Positions 11,973 to 21,250 of a stretch of 64,000 nt of DNA are shown here, in pieces (the first letter of the stretch is position 1; every line of letters starts with the position of its first letter). Both the position numbers and the translations under genes were made by a program. The stretch is from assembly GCA_965223665.1 (NCBI GenBank), contig OZ245011.1:480001-544000 (forward strand), given 5' to 3'. The stretch is from Nitrospinaceae bacterium (lineage in GTDB: Bacteria; Nitrospinota; Nitrospinia; Nitrospinales; Nitrospinaceae). The notes beneath the pieces were generated by a model. It saw only the letters and a list, made by a program, of their open reading frames with translations. It did no database searches and was not told the origin of the DNA.

Positions 11973-11986
11973 TGCTAAGTTTATAG

Positions 11987-13024
11987 TTATAGGATAAGCA
12001 TGGCATCACCATAACTATAAAACCGGTATTTTTTTTGAATTGCCTGTTGATATGCCTTTTGAATAAGGGATGGACTGCCAAAAGCGCAAACTAATAAATA
12101 TAGACTTGATTTTGGTAAATGAAAGTTAGTTATTAAGTGGTCTGTATTTTTAAAAGTTTGGCCTGGATAAATAAAGCGTTCCGTCCAATCACCATATGGA
12201 TTTTTTCGGTTGGATTGAATATCAATTGACTCCAAGACTCGGGTTGTCGTAGTCCCTACAGAAAGAATTTTTGTTTTTTGTTGTTTTGTTTGAAAAAGAG
12301 TATTCCAAGTTTGTGAAGAAATTTGGAAATACTCTTTTTTCATTTTATGTTGAGTTATATTTTCTGTTCGAATGGGTTGGAAAGTTCCAGGTCCTACTTG
12401 AAGTGTCAAAAAAGTCATTTGAAATTTTGATTTTAGACTCTCCATCATTGAATCTGAAAAATGAAGACCTGCCGTCGGTGCGGCGATAGACCCTGGGAAT
12501 TTGGCAAATACCGTTTGGTATCTTTCCTTATCCAAAGCCTCTAATTGATCATCCCCAACATTTCTTCGAATGTAGTGGGGTAGTGGAAACCTTCCAATGG
12601 TATTCATAAGTTGTTGCACATCAACTTCATCTGAAAATTGAAGAATGCCTAGATCTTCCTTTTTTTTCAAAAAAGTCGCGCAACAATTTGGGCTAAACTC
12701 AATGACATCCCCTGATTTAAACTTTCCTAAACCCTTAACCAATATAGACCAGGTTTTTGGTTTGATTTCTTCTACCAGTAAAATTTCTGAAACTCTTTTA
12801 GTATTTTTCCAAACTCCAATGATTTTAGCGGGAAGTACTTGGGTATTATTAAAAACGAGAAGGGGTTTGGTTTTTAAATAGTTGGGTAAAGAGGAAAACT
12901 GATCGTCATAAATATTGCCTGTCTTTCTTTCTATGACCATTAAACGAGATTGCCCTCGTTCGGGACTTGGTTTTTGGGCGATTAAACTCTCAGGCAATTC
13001 GAAATCAAAATCTGATAACTTCAT
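11987..13024 (-). CDS. queA: S-adenosylmethionine:tRNA ribosyltransferase-isomerase
   Basis: MKLSDFDFELPESLIAQ start (13024), AAPTAGLHF, VGTTTTRVLE, TNFHLPKSS, YRFYSYGDAMLI. Confidence 0.95.
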   Translation of the reverse strand: MKLSDFDFELPESLIAQKPSPERGQSRLMVIERKTGNIYDDQFSSLPNYLKTKPLLVFNNTQVLPAKIIGVWKNTKRVSEILLVEEIKPKTWSILVKGLGKFKSGDVIEFSPNCCATFLKKKEDLGILQFSDEVDVQQLMNTIGRFPLPHYIRRNVGDDQLEALDKERYQTVFAKFPGSIAAPTAGLHFSDSMMESLKSKFQMTFLTLQVGPGTFQPIRTENITQHKMKKEYFQISSQTWNTLFQTKQQKTKILSVGTTTTRVLESIDIQSNRKNPYGDWTERFIYPGQTFKNTDHLITNFHLPKSSLYLLVCAFGSPSLIQKAYQQAIQKKYRFYSYGDAMLIL

Positions 13025-13190
13025 GATAAAATAAGGGTATTTATATCGGAAATTTTTGAGGTTTCTCTTTGTTTTATAAAGGTTTTTCAGCCATTTAAAG
13101 GAATTTTGAGGTTGACCTCTTTTTGTAAATATTATATTCTTCGCTGACGTCCAGAGTTTAGAACAAAAACCGTAAAAGTCCAAATAGGGT

Positions 13191-14045
13191 ATGAAAACAA
13201 TGAAAAATTTTAAAACCGTAGGATTGCTATTTTTATCAGCCCTTCTTGTTTTCCTTGGAGGCGTGGATTCTGCTAATGCTAAAAAGAAAAAGATTCCTAA
13301 AAAACCCAGTTATGTTGGGGCAGCAAAATGTAATGGAAGTTGTCACGACCCTTATTACCAAGCGTGGAGAAATTCTCCACATGGCAAGACTTTTGACATT
13401 TTAAAAGCAGGTGAAAGGGCAGATGCAAAAAAGAAAGCCAGCCTGGACCCTGAAAAGGACTACACAACAGATCCAATGTGTTTACGGTGTCATACCACCG
13501 GATACCGCCAAAAAGGTGGTTTCAAACCCGCGGGCAGTAAAAAGAAAGGTAAGGATATAAGCACCAAAATTGATCCGGAAGAACCTAGTTTAGAGCAGGT
13601 AGGTTGTGAGATGTGCCACGCCGCTGCTGGAGGAGCCCAATTCCGAGTGGTTATGAAAAATACAAAGGGCGACTTTAAAAAGAAAGATACTGAGAAATAT
13701 GGACAACGTTGGGATTATGCTAACGTTTGTACGCGCTGTCATAATCACCCTAAAAACCCTCATAATGAAAAGTTAGATGCAAAATATGCTTTTGATTATG
13801 AAAAGAAAAAAGGGGAAGTCCATCCTTATGAAAAATTTCTCTCTGAAGACAATGCGGATCAGAATATTGTTGCGGATGGAAAAGTGAAAGATCGTGCAAA
13901 AGTAAAAGCGAAGTCTGAGGAAAAACCCTTGAGAATTGAAGACTTCGAAATCAACGATAAAGGAAAACTTAAATTTGTTAAGAAAACTCGCCCTTATAAA
14001 TACAGCAAAAAGAAAAAGAGAGGAAAATTTTATTATCAAAAATAA
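13191..14045 (+). CDS. Periplasmic tetraheme cytochrome c554-family protein
   Basis: Sec signal (..SANA). Heme motifs CNGSCH, CLRCH, CEMCH, CTRCH. Segments AKKKASLDPEKDYT, QKGG, VGCE and DAKYAF resemble Nitrosomonas c554 as I recall it. Confidence 0.85.
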   Translation: MKTMKNFKTVGLLFLSALLVFLGGVDSANAKKKKIPKKPSYVGAAKCNGSCHDPYYQAWRNSPHGKTFDILKAGERADAKKKASLDPEKDYTTDPMCLRCHTTGYRQKGGFKPAGSKKKGKDISTKIDPEEPSLEQVGCEMCHAAAGGAQFRVVMKNTKGDFKKKDTEKYGQRWDYANVCTRCHNHPKNPHNEKLDAKYAFDYEKKKGEVHPYEKFLSEDNADQNIVADGKVKDRAKVKAKSEEKPLRIEDFEINDKGKLKFVKKTRPYKYSKKKKRGKFYYQK

Positions 14046-14079
14046 TTTTTTCCATTATCCTATATTCAAGCCATAATTA

Positions 14080-14127
14080 ATAAGGGGGAGATCCTGGCGA
14101 GCACGGATTTCCCCCTTATCTTATTTT
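14080..14127 (+). terminator. Intrinsic terminator after the c554-like gene
   Basis: ATAAGGGGGAGATCC/GGATTTCCCCCTTAT stem followed by CTTATTTT. Confidence 0.7.
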
Positions 14128-14152
14128 CAACTCTTTCTTAAAAATTCATTCC

Positions 14153-15538
14153 ATGAGCGAGAACACCTTTAAAAAGAAAATTGTATGTATTGGAGCCGGT
14201 TATGTTGGTGGCCCAACAATGACCGTTATTGCAAAACATTGCCCGGATTATAAGGTTACCGTTGTTGATATTTCTCAAGATAAGATTAATCAGTGGAACT
14301 CTGATAATTTGCCTATTTATGAGCCAGGTCTAAAAGAACGTGTATTAAAAACTCGCGGAAAAAATCTGTTTTTTTCTACTGATGTTGAAGCAGGGATTGA
14401 TGAAGCCGACATGATTTTTGTTTCCGTAAATACTCCTACCAAGACGTTTGGAGAAGGAGAAGGGCGCGCAGTAGATTTACAATATGTTGAGAAAACTGCT
14501 CGAAAAATAAAGGAGTGTTCTCGTTCAGATAAAATTGTAATTGAAAAAAGTACCTTACCTGTCCGAGCTGCAGAGACTATTGGAAAAATTTTACACTCCG
14601 GAAAAAATGGAGTGAACTTTGAAATTTTGTCGAATCCTGAATTTTTGGCCGAAGGAACGGGAATCATGGATTTGGAGGAACCGGATCGTATTTTGATTGG
14701 CTCTAAAGAAACCCCATCAGGATTAAAAGCCTGTGAAGAACTGGTGAAGGTTTATGAGCATTGGGTTCCACGAGAAAAACTTATTACTACAAATCTATGG
14801 AGTAGCGAGCTTTCTAAATTGGTAGCCAATGCATTTCTAGCGCAAAGAATTTCATCTATCAATAGTATATCAGCGTTGTGTGAGGTAACTGAGGCGGATG
14901 TGAAAGAAGTTGCGCATGCGGTTGGGCGGGATTCAAGGATTGGTTCTAAATTCCTGAACGCTGGAATTGGTTTTGGTGGCTCATGTTTTCGCAAGGATAT
15001 TTTAAATTTAATTTACTTATGTGAGCACTATGGCCTTCACCCAGTTGCAAAGTTTTGGCAACAGGTAATTAATTTAAATGATTACCAAATGGACCGATTT
15101 GTTACTCGAATATTGAGAGCCATGTTTAACTCAGTGGTCGGTAAGAAAATTGCGATATTTGGTTTTGCATTTAAGCCTGATACTGGAGATACTCGGGATG
15201 CTCCAGCGATTCATGTATGCAAAAAGCTTTTGATAGAAAAAGCACATCTGTCTATTACAGATCCTCATGCCCTGGAGAATGCTAAGAGAGATCTACAAGG
15301 TATAGAGGGTGAAGTAGATTACGAGCTTGATCCCTACAAGGCAGCGGAAGGAGCCCATGCCATTGCTTTGATGACGGAATGGAGAGAATTTAAAGACCTG
15401 GATTTCCAAAGAATTTACGACAGTATGGAAAAGCCAGCTTTTCTATTCGATGGTCGAAATCATTTAGATCATAAAGCACTTCATAAAATGGGTTTCAATG
15501 TATTTGGTGTCGGGAAACCTACCTTGGATAATTTTTAA
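14153..15538 (+). CDS. ugd: UDP-glucose 6-dehydrogenase
   Basis: [53 protein letters not shown]. Confidence 0.96.
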   Translation: MSENTFKKKIVCIGAGYVGGPTMTVIAKHCPDYKVTVVDISQDKINQWNSDNLPIYEPGLKERVLKTRGKNLFFSTDVEAGIDEADMIFVSVNTPTKTFGEGEGRAVDLQYVEKTARKIKECSRSDKIVIEKSTLPVRAAETIGKILHSGKNGVNFEILSNPEFLAEGTGIMDLEEPDRILIGSKETPSGLKACEELVKVYEHWVPREKLITTNLWSSELSKLVANAFLAQRISSINSISALCEVTEADVKEVAHAVGRDSRIGSKFLNAGIGFGGSCFRKDILNLIYLCEHYGLHPVAKFWQQVINLNDYQMDRFVTRILRAMFNSVVGKKIAIFGFAFKPDTGDTRDAPAIHVCKKLLIEKAHLSITDPHALENAKRDLQGIEGEVDYELDPYKAAEGAHAIALMTEWREFKDLDFQRIYDSMEKPAFLFDGRNHLDHKALHKMGFNVFGVGKPTLDNF

Positions 15539-15581
15539 TAGACATTAAAGATTTCTCCAAAATGCCATTTTTCAAAAATGC

Positions 15582-15845
15582 TTACTTCGTCACGTTGGGT
15601 TTGTGACAAAAGGTGCAGGTTTCCATAGGTCTGTGGGGCATGATGGGTGCATCTTTTACTTTTTGGACATGACAGGAGAGACACTCTTCCACTGGAGCCT
15701 CAGGCTTATGAAAGGGTTGTTTGCTGAGAGCGGGCGCAGAGTCTAAAAATGATTTTACAATATATACAATCAATATTAGACCGAGAACTGCTGATACTTT
15801 CATGAAATTTATTTGACCGGAAAACTTGTTTTTCTTTTTTGCCAT
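15582..15845 (-). CDS. Small membrane-anchored diheme c-type cytochrome
   Basis: One N-terminal TM helix, CLSCH and CTFCH, plus two extra His (PFH, MPH). Confidence 0.75.
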   Translation of the reverse strand: MAKKKNKFSGQINFMKVSAVLGLILIVYIVKSFLDSAPALSKQPFHKPEAPVEECLSCHVQKVKDAPIMPHRPMETCTFCHKPNVTK

Positions 15846-15857
15846 TTCAAAAAGCCT

Positions 15858-16247
15858 TTAGCCCGTTGTGTGGGCTGCAATTACATCAATTTCTATTTTG
15901 GCACCTTTTGGTAATGCCGCTACTTGAACACACGCTCTCGCCGGTTTTCCTTCTCCAAAAAACCTTTCATAAACAGCATTCATTCTTTGGAAATGTTCCA
16001 TATCTGATAAATAAACATTAGCCTTTACTACATCATTAAAGGAAAGTCCATCTGCATCCAAAATTGCTTTAATATTTTTTAAGGTCAACTCTGTTTCTTC
16101 TTCAATTTCCCTAGATAAAAAATTTCCGCTTTTTGGATCAAGTGCAATTTGTCCTGAAGTAAAAAGGAAATCTCCAATACGAATCGCTTGTTGATACGGC
16201 CCAATAGCCGCTGGTGCTTCACTGGTTTGAATTGCTTTTTTGATCAT
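15858..16247 (-). CDS. ridA: RidA/YjgF/UK114 reactive intermediate deaminase
   Basis: APAAIGPYQQA, SGQI, PARACVQVAALP, EIDVIA. Confidence 0.92.
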   Translation of the reverse strand: MIKKAIQTSEAPAAIGPYQQAIRIGDFLFTSGQIALDPKSGNFLSREIEEETELTLKNIKAILDADGLSFNDVVKANVYLSDMEHFQRMNAVYERFFGEGKPARACVQVAALPKGAKIEIDVIAAHTTG

Positions 16248-16272
16248 TGTAATTTATAAACTCCATTCAGAG

Positions 16273-17034
16273 TTAATAATAAACTTTTTCCATTTGTTTT
16301 ATTAAGGGATAGGATTTTAATTCCCTTCCCAATCGGGACAGGACTAAACGGTGAGTAATATACTCTAACTCTTTTTCAACTCCTTTGGGGATTTTTAATC
16401 GGTCACTTCTTGAAATATCAAAGGTAAGCATTTTTTTTAAATAATTCAGGGTTCCCGATTGAAGCTTAGCTTCTGCAATTTCTGAGTTTTGACAGGGTTG
16501 GCAGATAATACCTTGTTTACTGAAACTAAATCCCACCCAGGGAGATTTGGATTCTTTTTTGCAGACTAAGCATAAAGAAAGCCGTGGTTTGTAACCTGCC
16601 AACGCTAATAGGCGAATTTCAAATAATCGGCATAAATTATCCAATACATTTAATTGCATTGATGCTGATAAAGAACTGACTAATAGGTGAAATATTTCAG
16701 GTTCCGGATGTCTTTCTCCAATCATTGCCTCCACGAGTTCGATAAAATAAATTGAAGTATAAAACTTGGTGGGGTCTTCTCGAACCGATTGGTAGGATTG
16801 AATAATATCACACTGGTTTAATCGATAAATTTCTTGAGTTTCTTTCCCAAAATAAATTAGAGAAAGATAAGTCATTGGCTCTAGTGAAGCTCCAAAACGG
16901 CTTTTGAGTCTTCTTGCAGCCTTTGCAACACATTTAATTTTTCCATATGTCTCTGAAAATAGCGTGACCAGCTTGTCTGTTTCTGAAAGCTTTAAAGTGC
17001 GAAGAACAATGGCTCGTGTTTTAAAGAGGGGCAT
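16273..17034 (-). CDS. recO: DNA repair protein RecO
   Basis: AIVLR..LSETDKLVTLFS..GKI, SRFGASLEP, C-terminal CxxC..CxxC zinc finger. Confidence 0.93.
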   Translation of the reverse strand: MPLFKTRAIVLRTLKLSETDKLVTLFSETYGKIKCVAKAARRLKSRFGASLEPMTYLSLIYFGKETQEIYRLNQCDIIQSYQSVREDPTKFYTSIYFIELVEAMIGERHPEPEIFHLLVSSLSASMQLNVLDNLCRLFEIRLLALAGYKPRLSLCLVCKKESKSPWVGFSFSKQGIICQPCQNSEIAEAKLQSGTLNYLKKMLTFDISRSDRLKIPKGVEKELEYITHRLVLSRLGRELKSYPLIKQMEKVYY

Positions 17035-17566
17035 TTTGTTTCTGTTCAAAATCCAATAAATAAATTTTTGTTTTTAGGCCTCCAGTGTAACCGCCCAAAC
17101 TACCATTGTTCTGGATTACTCTATGGCAGGGAATAATTATTGGGATTGGATTTTTGGAATTTGCATTTCCAACGGCTCGGCAAGCTTTTGGGTTGTTGAT
17201 GGATTTGGCTAACCAGGAATAACTTCGTGTTTCTCCATAGGGGATTTGTATAAGTTTTTTCCAAACCCTTTGTTGAAAGGGAGTGCCTGACCTAAGGTCA
17301 AAGGAACAATTAAATTGTTTTAATTTTCCTTTAAAATACTGGTTAATTTGAGAAGCAATATGATTTAATTTTTTTACATTTTTTTTTGCAGGGGCTGAGA
17401 AAGTTTTATCCAAAAATTTAATATAATTGGCTTCATTATTTATTTTGGTTTGGATATTACACAACCCAAATTCTGTTGTTGCGATACCCCACTTTCCCAA
17501 AGGGGTATTAACAATAGAGAAAAATAAATAGTCTGATTTTAAGGGCGACTTGGGGATGAATAGCAT
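17021..17566 (-). CDS. ogt: Methylated-DNA-protein-cysteine methyltransferase
   Basis: GTPFQQRVW, IPYGETRSY, RAVG, IPCHRV active site. Confidence 0.93.
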   Translation of the reverse strand: MLFIPKSPLKSDYLFFSIVNTPLGKWGIATTEFGLCNIQTKINNEANYIKFLDKTFSAPAKKNVKKLNHIASQINQYFKGKLKQFNCSFDLRSGTPFQQRVWKKLIQIPYGETRSYSWLAKSINNPKACRAVGNANSKNPIPIIIPCHRVIQNNGSLGGYTGGLKTKIYLLDFEQKQNAPL

Positions 17567-17570
17567 TATT

Positions 17571-18482
17571 TTAAAGAATGGTTCTTGCAGCAGAAAAAAC
17601 CATATCTAAAGAATCATCAATTTTAATTGCTCTAGTATCATTTTCTTGTATTGCCGAAATTAAATCCGAATGTTTGGTGGAGTCATAACCCGTCACGGTG
17701 GACCCAATTATAAAATTGAAATGATCATCACTGGAACCAATGGAAGCAATGTTTAATTGCTCGGAATAATTTTCTTCGTAACCGTGACCAGTGCTTATAT
17801 CTTCAATGGCATTGACTGCACCCAAAAGATGTTTTTGGATAAAAGATACCTTGATTCCAAAGGGGTAATCCTTCCGTTCAATATTTGGGTGAGGGACAAT
17901 TGAAACTCCACCCAAAGATTGTATCATAAGGGAAGCTTGTTCAGCGGTATGGTATTTTTTATCGAAAACTGAGAAATTGTTTATTAAATCATTTTGATAT
18001 TTTGGGTGAAGCCAATCCTCTGACATCGCCAAAATTAAATGCCCCTGCTCTGTACTTAACTCAAAAGCGGGATATAATTTTAAATGACCTAAACCTTGTT
18101 CGTTTAAAACTTTTGTCACTTGCCATCTATCATAAAATGACTCCAAAGTTTTTCTAAGCGGAATTTGGCCTGGTATTAAATGCTCGGTAATTAACAGAAA
18201 GTCCAAACCCACATTGGCTGCGCGAAAAGCGATTTCCTCTACAGAATAGTGCCCGTCTGAATGAAGAGAATGACAATGGGTCTCCCCTAGCTTCATGTTG
18301 GGGTTCTTTATTTTAAATTTTGTAATATTATTTTTGATTTTTTTATTTAAAAAGGAATTTCCAATTAAACCAGAAACCGGAGTTACCATTTTTGCTTTAG
18401 TTTGATATGGAATCGTAAGGTGCGCACCTAATAACCCAAGTGTGGTACCAGAAATAAACTTTAGGAATGATCTTCTGTTCAA
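17571..18482 (-). CDS. Tat-exported PHP-domain metallohydrolase
   Basis: NRRSFLK twin-arginine motif. HCHSLHSDG, TEH, PHP, SSDDH metal ligands. TTG start at 18482 follows GGAGG. Confidence 0.8.
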   Translation of the reverse strand: MNRRSFLKFISGTTLGLLGAHLTIPYQTKAKMVTPVSGLIGNSFLNKKIKNNITKFKIKNPNMKLGETHCHSLHSDGHYSVEEIAFRAANVGLDFLLITEHLIPGQIPLRKTLESFYDRWQVTKVLNEQGLGHLKLYPAFELSTEQGHLILAMSEDWLHPKYQNDLINNFSVFDKKYHTAEQASLMIQSLGGVSIVPHPNIERKDYPFGIKVSFIQKHLLGAVNAIEDISTGHGYEENYSEQLNIASIGSSDDHFNFIIGSTVTGYDSTKHSDLISAIQENDTRAIKIDDSLDMVFSAARTIL

Positions 18483-18539
18483 AAATACCCCTCCCGAATA
18501 ATAATTTAGTAAAGATTTACATTGTATCAAACTTGAGGG

Positions 18540-19817
18540 CTATTTATTCAAGAAAAAATTAACTAAAAATAAGCTGAGTAAAGGGATGTAGGTAATTAAC
18601 AATAACGCAATTATCCGAAGACCTAAAAATGGTAGTGTGGCTGAATATAGTCGAATCACCGGTTCTGAGAAACGGGAACTTGCTATAAACAAATTTATTC
18701 CAACCGGTGGGGTAGAGTAGCCTATTTCAAGGTTAGTAAGAAAAATTATTCCCAAATGAACCATATTAATATCAAAACTTTGGGCTATAGGAATAATTAA
18801 AGGGACCACCACAATTATCGCTGAAAAGATATCCATCATGCATCCAACAGCCAAAAGAAACACATTGAGGACCATGAGAAACGCGATTTTACTGTCAATA
18901 TATTCTTTCATTAAGTCAAGTAATTGCATTGGGACTTGTTCATCGACTAAGTAACTGGTGAATCCCATAGCCGTTCCCATAATAATTAAAATGGTCCCCA
19001 CCAAAATCATGCTTTTGGTCATTAATTGAGGAAGGACTTTTATCGGGTGGATATCTTTATAAATAAAAGACTCTATAAAAATTACATATACTACGGTAGT
19101 TGCGGCAGCTTCGGTAACAGTGAACCACCCACCATAAATTCCAAAAAGAACGAAAAATGGAAGAGCCACCTCCCAAACAGCTTCCTTAAGAGAAACAAAA
19201 GCTTCCTCCCAATTTATTGGTTTCCTTTCTATTTGAAATTTTGCCCCCATCCCTGTGCTGTAGAAAGCCAGAAGAGAAATCATTAGCAATCCAGGGACGA
19301 TTCCGGCTAAAAATAATTGATCCACATTCACTTGAGCAATTAAGCCATATAAAATTAAAGGAAGTGAGGGAGGAAATAATAAGCCCAGGCTTCCTGAAGA
19401 AGTCATGAGCCCCAAAGAAAAATTCTTGGAATATTTTTCTTTAAGCATGAGGGGATATAATAATCCTCCCAGCGCAATGATTGTCACCCCAGAAGCCCCA
19501 GTAAAGGCTGTAAAGAAAGCAGATGCTACTAAAACAACTAAGGGGATTCCACCAGGAATTCCGGCTAAAAGAGTTTGGGAGAGTCGTGTAAGCCTTTGAG
19601 GTGTTTTGCTTTCAGCTAAAATAAATCCAGCAAATGTGAATAAAGGAATGGCAATTAGGGTAGGGGCACTTGCCACACGATATAATTCAATAAAAATAGC
19701 CGCAGAATCGATCTCTGCATAATGGAAGGCCAATAATCCAGCCAAGCCAATCACTGCATATAGGGGCGTTCCCAGGAAGGCTAGAAACAAAATTCCTAAA
19801 ATTATTAATAAGGTCAC
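18540..19817 (-). CDS. dctM: TRAP transporter large permease
   Basis: AIPLFTFAG, GSLGLLFPPS, LFLAGIVPG, TPPVGINLF. Confidence 0.93.
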   Translation of the reverse strand: MTLLIILGILFLAFLGTPLYAVIGLAGLLAFHYAEIDSAAIFIELYRVASAPTLIAIPLFTFAGFILAESKTPQRLTRLSQTLLAGIPGGIPLVVLVASAFFTAFTGASGVTIIALGGLLYPLMLKEKYSKNFSLGLMTSSGSLGLLFPPSLPLILYGLIAQVNVDQLFLAGIVPGLLMISLLAFYSTGMGAKFQIERKPINWEEAFVSLKEAVWEVALPFFVLFGIYGGWFTVTEAAATTVVYVIFIESFIYKDIHPIKVLPQLMTKSMILVGTILIIMGTAMGFTSYLVDEQVPMQLLDLMKEYIDSKIAFLMVLNVFLLAVGCMMDIFSAIIVVVPLIIPIAQSFDINMVHLGIIFLTNLEIGYSTPPVGINLFIASSRFSEPVIRLYSATLPFLGLRIIALLLITYIPLLSLFLVNFFLNK

Positions 19818-20305
19818 TTTTGAGATTCCTTGGCATTAAATATATTCTCAAATACTCTAATAATGACTCGGACAGTGATCATTGCAAAACTAAAGGGTAA
19901 AATAGTTTGAAATATCCATACTGGAATTTCTAAGAATAACGTCGATTCTGCTTCTTTTTCTAAAAGTACAAATTGAAAGGCAGCGGCTGTTAAAAGAGTA
20001 GTGATTAAAGCAGTAACCACGTCAACCCATATTTTTACTCTTTGGCTTACTTTTTGGGGAAGAAAATGAGGCAGAAAGTCAATGGCGATATGCTTTCGTT
20101 CTCTTACCGCCAAAGAGGCTCCAAGGAAACCCACCCACAAAACAAGTTGTCGGGTAAGTATATCTGCCCATAATATTCCCCCATTAAAAAAATTTCTTAG
20201 TAAAACTTGAGTGAAGGTAAGAATCACCATTGATGACAATAAAAAAGCAATAAAAATACTTTCCATTTTGGCTATGATATTGTCGAGGGTTTTAAGAGGA
20301 CGCAT
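19814..20305 (-). CDS. dctQ: TRAP transporter small permease
   Basis: QVLLRN, WADILTR..LWVGFLGASLA..KHIAID. Four TM helices. Start probably ATG 20305. Confidence 0.9.
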   Translation of the reverse strand: MRPLKTLDNIIAKMESIFIAFLLSSMVILTFTQVLLRNFFNGGILWADILTRQLVLWVGFLGASLAVRERKHIAIDFLPHFLPQKVSQRVKIWVDVVTALITTLLTAAAFQFVLLEKEAESTLFLEIPVWIFQTILPFSFAMITVRVIIRVFENIFNAKESQK

Positions 20306-20445
20306 GGTTGCCAATTTAAGAGAGAATTTGCCGGAATTAGAAAATGCCAAAATTCCAGAAGGGCAGGTACTTGACTATAATAAAGGCTTTGTTTAATAGT
20401 CTCAATATTTTATTATTCATGGTTTGAATTATTTTAGGATGCATT

Positions 20446-21228
20446 GTGATTTATAGAATTGGTTATTTCTTGGGAATTGCTTTATTTATTTTATTAAATA
20501 ATCTGGTCCATGCTGAAAATAATAGGGACGATATGGTATATTTTCCTGCTGGTGAGTTTTTGATGGGCAGCCCTGAGGGAAAAGGACGAAAAGATGAAAC
20601 CCCTATGCATAAGGTTTATCTGAATTCTTTTTGGTTGGATAAATTTGAAGTCACCGGAAAAGATTTTGAAGATTTTTTAAAGCATTATCCCAAAGAACAC
20701 CCGACAATTACCGGGTGGTATGGAAGGGAAGCCCGTCCTGATATGAAAAATAAACCGGTTATCGGTTTGACCTGGAAGCGGTGTAAAAAATATTGTGAAT
20801 GGAAGGGGAAACGACTTCCTACGGAAGCTGAATGGGAAAGAGCGGCCTCAGGTTTGGAGAAAAGAGAATTTCCATGGGGAAATGAATTACCTGATTTTGA
20901 CAGAGCAAATTTTAATCGTTGCTGCTTTATAAACAAAGGAACTATTTTGCACGAAGTTGGGACCTTGGAAAAAGGTAAAACCCCAGAGGGAATTTATGAT
21001 ATGGCAGGCAACATTGCAGAATGGGTTTTTGATTGGTACGATAAAAAATATTATAAAGTTAGTCCTTATAAAAATCCAAAAGGCCCTGCAAAAGGTAAAT
21101 ACCATGTGATAAGAGGAGGGGCCTGGAATAGTCTGACGAATTATATGCGTTCTTCCTTTCGTTACGGAAATAATGATGGGCAAGAATTTTATGGAATTGG
21201 GTGTCGTTGTGCGAAGTCGGCAAATTAA
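20446..21228 (+). CDS. Exported FGE-sulfatase (SUMF1)-domain protein
   Basis: Signal peptide, FLMGS, RLPTEAEWE, DMAGNIAEW, RGGAW, GCRC. Confidence 0.9.
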   Translation: MIYRIGYFLGIALFILLNNLVHAENNRDDMVYFPAGEFLMGSPEGKGRKDETPMHKVYLNSFWLDKFEVTGKDFEDFLKHYPKEHPTITGWYGREARPDMKNKPVIGLTWKRCKKYCEWKGKRLPTEAEWERAASGLEKREFPWGNELPDFDRANFNRCCFINKGTILHEVGTLEKGKTPEGIYDMAGNIAEWVFDWYDKKYYKVSPYKNPKGPAKGKYHVIRGGAWNSLTNYMRSSFRYGNNDGQEFYGIGCRCAKSAN

Positions 21229-21250
21229 AAACTAAATTAGAAATTATTTT

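Noticed and set aside
13191-14045. Evidence of ammonia or hydroxylamine oxidation from the c554 homologue
   Set aside because: No amo, hao or cycB in the window, and the ligand pattern differs from canonical c554
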